The notes below the pieces were generated by a model, which saw only the letters and a list, made by a program, of their open reading frames with translations, was not told the DNA's origin and searched no databases. From Antedon mediterranea (taxonomy: Eukaryota; Animalia; Echinodermata), in contig NC_092674.1 in NCBI RefSeq assembly GCF_964355755.1, forward strand, positions 3,100,001-3,164,000: DNA of 64,000 bases, in the 5' to 3' direction. A program made the translations under genes and the position numbers. How positions within the stretch are numbered: position 1 is the stretch's first letter; the number at the start of each line of letters is the position of its first letter. Positions 53,879 to 64,000 of the stretch are shown in pieces.

Positions 53879-54109
53879 TACTGCCCTCTTTATAAGGGAT
53901 AACACACTGAGGCCCGTTTTATACTGTTTATTTTGTTATACCATGGAGGTATTATACAGTACAGTAGTAGTAAAATCCGAAGCAAAATACTGACGTCTGT
54001 AATGCATGTGCTTGTTGTATAGAGCCTACCATTCGATCTATTTAGACCTTATCAATTAGGTCTACTAATAAACAGCAGGTGGATACCTTCTCAGAAATAT
54101 CAAAGAACG
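53879..54109 (+). promoter_or_regulatory. Putative promoter and non-coding first exon of Gal3ST copy 5
   Basis: actgccctct motif, donor cg|gtaggt at 54110, acceptor ttcag at ~55075 just before the ATG. Confidence 0.55.
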
Positions 54110-54574
54110 GTAGGTCCGTATTTACTAAGCCATTAAAGGGATGTATAGGCCTAAATTATAACTAATATAGGCCTCTTATTAGCTAAAAGAACGGTGACTG
54201 GGACTTAACTTTATTTTGACGTTAAGTTATTAAGGACTGTACATTTGATTTTAAGATACGGTCTTGTGAAATACTTTAAATTGAGCTCCCTGTACACATA
54301 CGTCCGGTATGCCGTTCGTAAGTCGACCAAGCCTTTTCAATCGTTACCATCAATAGGAAGCCCCAAGCCCTACCTAGCCCTTTAATCGGAACCAAACCCT
54401 ACCAAGCCCTATATAACCAGTAAAAAGTGTAACAAAAAAACAAGGATATATTTAGACTAAGAGGTTTGATTGCATTTTCATCAATAAACTCATACTTTAT
54501 ATATATCTGCTGTCTATCTGAAGATCGTTTAACGTGAAACACCGTGTAATAGACGCCCGTGTTCTATGTAATTC

Positions 54575-54609
<35 letters not shown>

Positions 54610-55080
54610 ACAAGAGGCAAAGAACATTAATTCTAAACCGATATATATATATATCCTCCATTTTATACACTTTATACTGTTAATAGGTCAAAATGATACT
54701 GGCCAGAAATACATTGTCTCAATTGTTAACCATACAAGTTGTAGGCACTTTTATTTATTAACATTATTTTATTTTAATATAGCCTATACGTAATTTGTTT
54801 TGGGACAAAAGGTGAAATCTAAACTTCATTCAGTTGTTTTTCTATTATACGCCCGAGAGCGAATTTTGTTAAGGTTTCGGATTTACCTATTTACACTCCT
54901 TTTCATACGTTTTGTTCTATTATATGCTATTGTTAATAAAAACCCGGAATACTGTTAGCGCCGTCACGACAAGATATGTCCAAACTTCCTATGAAAGATT
55001 GGTAACGCTTGAGAGAACACATTTATATTGATATTTCGTTCCAAATACAATCAGATTGTTAATGATATCTTTCAGGAAAA

Positions 55081-57110
55081 ATGGCGAGTTTAGGTCGAAA
55101 TCGACGTTGGCTTATTGTTTGCGGTATTTCAATTTTACTTTTGGTAGTATATTTCAAGACGGAAGCAGAAATAAAGTAAGTTCACGTTCACACAAGGAAC
55201 AGACCATAACGGTGACGAAAACCATTAATTAATCTTATTTTCCACTAGACGAATTTATTCGCGTGAACTTCGAAAGGGTCAGATTATATACGCATGTGTA
55301 GAGTGGAGTTTGGAAGATGGAAACATGAATACGCATGCGTATAAGCTGACGCTTTCGATTCGCACGAACAATTTCGCCTAGTGGAAAATCGGCTTTACGT
55401 TCGAAACGCAAAGAAAGAAATTTGACCAAGCGAATGCCGATCAACCAAATGTCACCTGTGACGTCACACCAGTAAATAAACTTAACACAGCGAATTGGTC
55501 TGAGAGAGTCATGTTTAAAATATATAATTATGAAGTGTGAAGCTGTAGCTTGGTGGTTTACGTGCTTGCAATTTACTTAAATTGGCGAATTACTCGCTGT
55601 TGGATGCGTAAAAAAGAAAAAAAAATGTATCGCATGCAGTATCCGAACTAACCTTGGACAACTACCGATGACCTCAAACGATTATCACAATTTTCTATAT
55701 TGTGTGGCGCAGTTTGCAAAAACAAACATCAACATATTGCGTAAAGTAATCAATACGCTCAAAATATGGCAAAATAATAATATCTCTATTAGATTAGATC
55801 TCTGTATCGTCTGCTAAAAAATGACAGCTTGGCGCGCCATAGCCGATCTGTCAACAAACAATAACATTTTTTGGCGATATACTTACGAGTTAATGAATAG
55901 TATATTAAACCAATATTATTACAAAAATGACTTCTTTCTAAAAAAGAAATATGATTATCGTTTTCACAGGGAGGATATGCGCAGTGATGATGAAAAAAAT
56001 GATCGAAAAAAATATGTGATTAAAATCGAAGGAAAGAAGTTGATGAATATTACGAGAGAAAAAGCAACCAGCAGTTCCAGTATAAATAAAGAAAACAAGA
56101 TGTACACAGCGAAACAATACGAGGTTTGCATACCGAAGCAGCAAATATTATTCTTGAAAACACATAAAACTGGAAGTTCAACTTTAACTTCCATTCTACA
56201 AGTGTATGGATTTTTAAGAAATCTTACTTTTGCCGTTCCAAAAACCGGTGCACAAATTATAAGTAGAGGTTTCTTTAGAACGGACCAAGTTCGTCCTGGA
56301 AAATACGATATGTTAGTGAACCATGCAAGGTATAGCAGAACTGAAATGCAAAAAGTTATGAAACCAAACACAACATATATTACAATATTTAGAGACCCAA
56401 GCACACAGATTGAATCAAACTTTGAATATTTTCTACTTAGGAACACATTTCACCTTGAAAACATGCCAAACCCATTTCAGACATTTGCAGAAAATCCTTC
56501 ATATTACTATTCCAAATACGGACAAAGGTCTCCTTTCCGCCATTATATGAAGAATCCAAATCTATATGATTTAGGTTTGAAAGAATCTCAACAAGAAGAC
56601 AGAGGTGTAGTCGAGAAATTCATTGCTAAAATAGCCAAAGAATTCGATCTTGTTCTTATTCAAGAATATTTCAACGAATCTTTACTTTTGTTGAAAAAAT
56701 TAATGTGCTGGGAAATAGACGACATCTTGTATTTGTCAAAGGGAAAACGGAGTAAAAAAATTCGGTTCGACATTGATCAGTCACTTAGGGAGTCAATTCG
56801 TAAATGGAGCTGGGGAGATGTACTGTTGTATGATCACTTTAACAAAACGTTGTGGAGTAAAATACGAGATTACGGTCCATCTTTTCAAACGGATCTTGCA
56901 GAATTAGAATTTAACTTAAACCGAATTTTAAATAATTGTACCGTACCAAATGTTGTCCTTGACAATCGCCGTGAAACATACTTTAAATTAAACAAAAAAG
57001 GCGCGCCAAAGTGTACCCATATGTTAAGGAACGATTTGACGTTTACTAAATTGATAAGGATCGCTCAATATGGCGAAGAAGAAGAAACGGGTAAAGTAGG
57101 CCTACAATAA
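55081..57110 (+). CDS. Galactose-3-O-sulfotransferase family protein, copy 5
   Basis: TM exon 55081-55175 (MASLGRNRRWLIVCGISILLLVVYF) plus catalytic exon 55970-57110; PAPS-binding motifs intact. Confidence 0.92.
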
Positions 57111-57679
57111 CATTCAAGAGTTAGGCCATACTAAAAAGTTCGTGAATCATCTAGGATTGCGAATCATGGTATTTTAAACTTAAGCATAGTTCATTTATTT
57201 TGAATAAAAAAAATTGATTTTAAAAATAATAATGAAGTTTTGACTCTTTGTGAGGAAATTAGACGATGCTGTTGGTTTTTTTTTTCTCCGTAAAATAGAT
57301 AGATTTCTACGGAAATCTATAATTAAATCATGAGTGTACTAATTTCAAACATTTTTGTTGCATTTCTCTCTTTTATTAAGCTGTTTTATCATGTTATTAA
57401 TATTTGAATATTTGCTCATTATTTTATGTCTAGGTATTTAGCTGGTTACCAGTAATTTAATTGCGTTGTATGTCTATACGTTTTTTTCGATTCAGAATAT
57501 AATTTAGGGACGAGGCTCATTAACTCGATTAATTTATATTGGACCATTAAAATTAAATGCAAACATGGCACCCTCACAAATGTACAAATCTGTAAAAAAG
57601 AAAATCACCCAATCACGTAGATCTGCCCATTTGAAGGCGGAGTTTGCACATCATGTGACTTTGCACACATCTCAACAAG

Positions 57680-59789
57680 GTTCTAGGACACCTACCCCCT
57701 AGACAGTTAACCCCCGGATGTTTACCACCCGGACAACTACCTCCTTAGGACAACTACCCCACGGACAACTACCCCCCGGACAACTACCCCCTTGGGACAA
57801 CTACCCCCTTAGGATAACAACCCCGGACAACTACCCTCCGGACAACCACCCCCTTAGGACAACTACCCCCTTAGGATAACTACCCCCGGGTAACTACCCC
57901 CGGGTAACTACCCCCGGTCAACTACCCCCGCCCCCCTCCAAATCCAAAAGTAGACAAATATATAGGACCGGTTTCTGTAAAAATGAAATCATCTGTTTTT
58001 AACGGGTGTTTCGAAACTAGAGACCCGAGACCAGAGACCTGACACAAGACCCAATACGAAAAGGGAGACCTATATTTGGGTCTCCCTTTTCGTATATTAG
58101 GGTCTCCCTTTTCGTATAGTGTGGTCTCTCTTTTCGTATAGTGTGGTCTCTCTTTTCGTATAGTGGGGTCTCTCTTTTCTTATAGTGGGTCTCCCATTTT
58201 CGTATATTTGGGTCTCCCTTTTCGTATATTTGGGTCTCCCTTTTCGTATATTTGGGTCTCCCTTTTCGTATATTAGGGTCTCCCTTTTCGTATAGTGGGG
58301 TCTTCCTTTTCGTACGTGGGTTTCCCTTTTCGTATATTTAGGTCTCCCTTTTCGTATTGGGTCTCGGGTCTCTGGTCGCGGGTCTCTAGTTTCGAAACAC
58401 CCGTTTTTAACCGATTATTCTGTTTAACAGCACGCTAGACCCTAGATGTGCTAGATTTAAAGTACCGTATTTATTGAAAAAACGGCCTGGGCTGTTTATT
58501 GTTTAGGTGGTTTTTAGGTGGACATTTATTGGAAGAAAGTTGTTTATTCAATGGGAGGGGGTATAATCTAATGGAAATAGACGCCGATTATTCCATATGA
58601 TGTTTCATGGGAGTGACACCGTTTATTTGAGGGGAATTTATTTAAAGATCGCCGTTTATTCGGTGAGTGAACATTGAGGTCAAATATCAAAAGTGATATT
58701 ATTCTTCAAGTGTACAAAAATACATATATGACAAATTTGAGACAAAAATTAATTCTTTTAAGACCAGTGGTTATCGAAGCATTGTCCTGACGCAAAAATT
58801 ATTATTATTATTAGCGAACCCAGTCTTTACAGTAAATACAGGGAGTACTATATAATACGTTCGACTATCCTATGATCATGTGTGACAATCTTCAGTTTAT
58901 ACCAGGCTATATTTATGTTCAATCTTTTACTTTTGTTTACAATAATGAATAGTAATTCGTCAAAGTAACGAATTAAAATATAGTTATTAATTCCTATTAT
59001 ACACTGTTGCAATCAGGTTGTTGAATGGTGGTAGTTGGCCGTCCGGGGGATAGTTGTTCTAAAGGGATAGTTTTCTGGGTGGTAGTTGTCCAGGGGTTAG
59101 TTGTCCTGCGGAGGTAGTTGTCCTAAAAGATTATTTGCCCTCGGAGTATTGTCCAGGTCCAGGAGGTAGTTGTCCTACGGGGAGTATTGTGTCAGAGGTA
59201 GTTGTCCGCGGGGTAATTACCCGGGGGGGGGGGGGTAATTGTTTCTAGGGAGTAATTGTCCGGGGGGTAGTTGTCCAGGGGTTAGTTGTCCTGCGGAGGT
59301 AGTTGTCCTAAAAGATTATTTGCCCTCGGAGTATTGTCCAGGTCCAGGAGGTAGTTGTCCTACGGGGAGTATTGTGTCAGAGGTAGTTGTCCGCGGGGTA
59401 ATTACCCGGGGGGGGGGGGGGGGGGTAATTGTTTCTAGGGAGTAATTGTCCGGGGGGTAGTTGTCCAGGGGTTAGTTGTCCTACGGAGGTAGTTGTCCTA
59501 AAAGATTATTTTCCCTCGTAGTATTGTCCAGGAAGTAGTTGTCCTACGGGGAGTATTGTGTCAGAGGTAGTTGTCCGCGGGGTAATTACCCGGGGGGAGG
59601 TAATTGTCCGGGGGTAATTGTCCGGGGGGTAATTGTTCCTAAGGGGGTAATTGTTCCTAAGGGGGTATTTGTCCGGGGGGTAGTTGTCCTAAAGGGGTAG
59701 TTGTCCTAAGGGGGTAGTGGTCCAGGTGGTGGTTGTCCGGGGGGTAGTTTTCCAGGGGATAAATGTCCAGGGGGGAATATCCGGATACG
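57680..59789. repeat. ggacaactaccccc minisatellite blocks in inverted orientation (57680-57930 and 59030-59789)
   Basis: A C-rich block and a complementary G-rich block; the G-rich block includes ~190-bp triplicated units. Probably derived from TIR elements. Confidence 0.65.
58003..58403. mobile_element. MITE with internal ~24-bp repeats
   Basis: TIR cgggtgtttcgaaactagagacccg; direct flanks tttttaa; (gggtctcccttttcgtata..)n inside. Confidence 0.8.
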
Positions 59790-61058
59790 CTCAACAAACC
59801 GCCGCTGTCCACCATCTGTATAATTTATTTAATTGTATGCGTTGTATTTGTATATTTATACGGTACCGTTCTTATTTTTGTTTGAATTATTATTATTATT
59901 TTAGGGGTCAATGTGAGACAAGTTCTACTTCTAATTTTGATCCCTAAGATGGTCTTATATTAATTGTTTATGATTGTTTATTGTAATATTGTTTGTTATA
60001 TATTGTGACCATCTTAAATAAATGTATTATTGAATTGAATTGAATTGAATATAGTCTGCGTTTCAATCTGCTGATGTGTAGGCCCTACTATGAAGACGTA
60101 AGTCGGTTTTCCACTAGTCAAATTTATTCTCGCAAATCGCACACGTATTTATATTTTCATTTACGTGACGTGAAAAACGCGCAATAATTGAGAACTGAGG
60201 AGGGATATTGAATTCGCCTCGGATTTTGGACGCCCCCCGGAGTGTGAACAATTTATATTATTTAGGCCTATCATAGATAACAATTATCTTGCAACCTGTC
60301 AAAGAATGAGGGTTATCATTAACATTGTTGTTAAAGTTTATATCAAATAGGCCCTAATAGAAGTATTAAAACCCGGATGTACCGGTTTTACAAAATAAAT
60401 AAACGGCTGGTTTTCACATTGTTTGATACTTTTTATTCAATATTAAATATTATTCATATATTTACAATTATTTGTTAGAGAACACATACAGCATTCATCA
60501 CATTTACCCAAAAAATTATCTTGTTTTATGATGATTTTTTAAACTCGGAGCTTCCCTTTTCTGTTTCTTTTTAATGAAAAAAAAAACCCCCAAATTATAA
60601 AAATAATTCAATAATTATTATTTAATATGTATTTATTTATTTTTAAACATATTTTCCGGAGTTCCATTCTGCACCTTTATCGTTCTAGAATGACAATTGA
60701 GTGATCAATCAAATCAACAAGATTAAATTACTTATAACAAAATTGGCTTTATGATTTTTGGCATGACTACTGGCTTTCTTTTGGTCCTTGTTTGGTCAAT
60801 AATTTCAATGTACAGGTACAATAATGTCCAGCGAGTAGAGGTCTCACGACAGGCGCTATATAAATATATTATTACGCTGTATATATATAATTAGGCTATA
60901 AAAATATATTAGTCACTATAAAATGTAAAATGATTGATAGGGATGATAGGAAATGATAGTGATGAACTTGTGGAATTTACGAAATACATGTCTGATGATT
61001 TACTGCTTGGAAGGAGTAGTAACATCTCTGATGCGTTTACAGTATAAATAGGTTTATA

Positions 61059-61232
61059 CAGTGGCGTAACAGAGAGACCCCTGGTTTAGTAACCCTAAGT
61101 GGCCCTCCAACGCTGGAGGCCTTGGCGTTTTTAGCCCTTTATGATTTTTCCTCTTGCCACTGCTCAGGGGCCCCCATAAGCTTCGGTGCCCCTGGGTATA
61201 GCCAATGAGCACTCATGTCCATTGCGCCACTG
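61059..61232. mobile_element. hAT-type MITE with 8-bp TSD
   Basis: cagtggcgta ... tgcgccactg flanked by ggtttata on both sides. Confidence 0.8.
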
Positions 61233-61493
61233 GGTTTATAAATACTTGTTTTCATTTTCATTTCATTTCTTTATTCGACAACAAGCGGTCCAGGGGTTGC
61301 TACAGCAACAGAGCGCCATAACACATTTGTGTCCGCAACCCCTGTAACATACAACTTAATACAAGTTAAAAATGTATATAAAATATACAGAATATACAAA
61401 AAATTTAATTCATTTGTATTACTGTGTTACACAATTTAAAATACACCTATACAATTATTATTATTAACCCCATGTGTTGAACTAGGGGTTGTT

Positions 61494-63866
61494 TTAACCA
61501 AGACCTGTTAGCTTTCTGATGCGGCTGTCAACCTCGTCTCGTGGCAATACGGTGTTGCGGATCACTCGAGTTCCGGTGAACATAGATCTACCGTGAAGCA
61601 GGCGAAAGTTGTCAAATATCACCACACGACCTGGGTTGTATTTGATCCAGAACTCGTTTTCGGGGCTGTATATTAACTTATTAAAGAGACGTATTCCGTC
61701 GTAGAACTGCTCAGTTTCTTCAAGTGAAAGGTGTTGTACCGAAATTCTGTCCGTTGTTTGGTACCTAATACAAATTATAAAGATACGAGATGTAAGAGGA
61801 GTAACGGCTATGGCCACTCAATGGCTGAGCACAGGGTCCCCAAAGCATGAGAGCGCTCACTGGCTAAACACGGGGGCCACATAGCGCGAGAGCACTCACT
61901 GGCTAAACACAGGGGCCCCATAGCGTGAGAGCACTCACTGGCTAAACACAGGGGCCCCATAGCATGAGAGCGCTCAATGGCTAAACCCAGCAGCCCCCTG
62001 CCTGATACTAGGCATATATTTTATACAAAAATTGTATAATATAATTAAAATTATATATATTTTGTATAGCCTATTTTGTAAATAACGTATTATATCTTCA
62101 TAATTTATCTTTTCTGTGTATTTGATTGGAACTTAAAGAGGGCCCTAAATATCTGGAAGCATTACCCGCTATACATAAAGTTGAAATAAAATAAAATTAG
62201 TAAATACAAATACCTGATAATTTTGACCTCATTGTCTCGAATGGTAAATACCGGATAATTTCCTTTGTAATGGACATCTATTAGGTAAAATAAACAAAAT
62301 AATACCGCTTACCGATCATCCACATGAGGGGGTGGTTTAACCGGGTTTCAAGGAGAAGTATGGGCCATTGATAATTGGAGGAGGGTATCACTTACTACAG
62401 TTGAGAAAATAAATGATGTCGACTTATACATTTAGCATTTTTATGGAAATAACATAAATATTGAATCTAGTTTGTACTGTTTGTACTATTACATCATACA
62501 GTACATACGCTATTTTGTTACCATGTACAATAATATAATGATAATAGATAATTGTGTATTTACGTTTATCAATAAATTCCTGTTTCACTAACACTTCTGA
62601 TAGGATTCGGTAAGCATCCGGGTTAGATTTACGGATTATTTCAGAGACATGAAACCCATCGACGTAACAACCAAGACCGCCCTCTCCCGTGTGCTCCATC
62701 AGGTGAAACGTCAGATATCTGAAAAAGCAAGCTTAATTGAGTCTGTAAGGTTTGTGGCATTACTGGAGGAAGTTTTGTAGGCTTACATAGACAATTATTT
62801 TGTGCTAAGTTAGTGGAGTGGAGTGGTTAACATGCTTGCCTTCCAATCCCAAGGTCTAGGGTTCAATCCTGACCTAGTGCCAGGGTTGTAACTCATGACT
62901 CTTTCAACTCCACTCTCTAAACCTCAAATGATACTTAGTGTAAAGTATGCCAATTCTAAAATAGTTTATCCATCCTGTAATTCAAACTCGCTGTTGAATG
63001 TGCATACAATTTAAAAAAAAATAAAAATTTGAATCGCCATCTAAAACCACATTAAATTATATTGTTATAAAACACAGAAAGTAAACCTGGGAGAGACTTA
63101 TCGGGATAATCTTCTAGTAAACATGTAAAACATACCCCAGTGGTTCGACTGAGTAGGCGCTATCTGTGTGGAAGCCAAGGGAATGGTTCGTGTACGCTAT
63201 ATCATCATACATTTTCTCCTTCGATGATATAACAATGTTATCCCTGCCATGTTCACATTCACGCAGAAAACAAATTCTTTCCGATAAAGCCTATACCATA
63301 AGAGAAGCAGAATTAAATATCTATAAAGCTCTGTCTAAACCATCAAACTAGTGTTCTGTGCCCAAATATGGTAGTGCTATGCTTAAATATGGTAGTGATA
63401 TGACAAAATCATGTCCATATATGGGCACATCACATTTTGTTGTCACAGAAAGTTTGATAGTGTAGACAGAGCTTTATAATATTAATGTTTAAAGGGGCGG
63501 ATCCAGGAAAGTGGTAACATAGTCTGTGTCAAATGTAATTCATAAATTCATTATAACTGCCAAAAGAGGGGATTAAGCGTGTGGACCAAGGGCTGCCTCT
63601 GCATTGTGATCATTATGTACTTACAAGAAAATCTTCTTTTGTTAGAGGCACATTGTCAATAAATGCAATACCATATGTATAAAGATTTCTGAGACATTTA
63701 GCCAATCCCTCAGTTTCGTTCATATATTCTTGAAAGGAGACATCGGCTATTTCTGATGTTAGTTTTTCGGCATTCCATAGTCTTCTGTTTGGGTATCGAA
63801 TTGGTCTGTTATCTAATAAGCTGAGTAAATAGTCTAAAGTGTACACACTGCTGTGGCCATCATTCC
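61494..63866 (-). CDS. Trimethyllysine dioxygenase / gamma-butyrobetaine hydroxylase-family Fe(II)/2OG dioxygenase, 5' end outside window
   Basis: Exons 63866-63625 (WNDGH..YGIAFIDNVP), 63290-63136 (IAYTNHSLGFHTDSAY, HxD motif), 62718-62564 (GG...VDGF), 62277-62214, 61764-61494 (PGRVVIFDNFRLLHGR, distal His). Closest to TMLHE but divergent. Confidence 0.88.
63326..63474. mobile_element. MITE family A in a dioxygenase intron
   Basis: aagctctgtcta...tagacagagctt termini. Confidence 0.8.
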
Positions 63867-64000
63867 CTAACAAAACAAGAAATAACCTTTTAAATAGTAA
63901 CAATTTTGTATTTGTGCTGTGGTGTACATAATAACAATGGTATGGTATGTCCAACAAAATATATATATGATTCATTAGACCATTATATCATTGCATTTAT

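Noticed and set aside
55964-56446. 160-aa antisense ORF
   Set aside because: Shadow of the Gal3ST coding strand, not preserved at full length in the paralogs.

Overview
AT-rich, intron-rich animal genomic DNA, probably a marine invertebrate; the taxon cannot be determined from this sequence. I assembled the genes by hand from GT-AG splice sites. (1) An 11-exon, ~492-aa multi-pass membrane protein (+, 1035-6162) with the hallmarks of the gustatory-receptor-like / 7TM ion channel (Grl) superfamily; the ORF track shows only fragments of it. (2) ATG4A/B-type autophagy cysteine protease (-, 9244-20454), with a possible frameshifting cassette exon in its first intron. (3) A tandem cluster of five galactose-3-O-sulfotransferase (Gal3ST) catalytic exons (+, 24715-57110). 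Four have their own transmembrane exon; one is a very recent 2.5-kb duplicate without it. (4) The 3' part of a divergent TMLHE/BBOX-family Fe(II)/2-oxoglutarate dioxygenase (-, 61494 to beyond the window end). Between the genes are several MITE families, three copies of a non-autonomous Helitron, nested foldback/TIR elements, LINE and SINE remnants, minisatellites, and a (TA)n-associated repeat carrying degenerate hammerhead-ribozyme cores.
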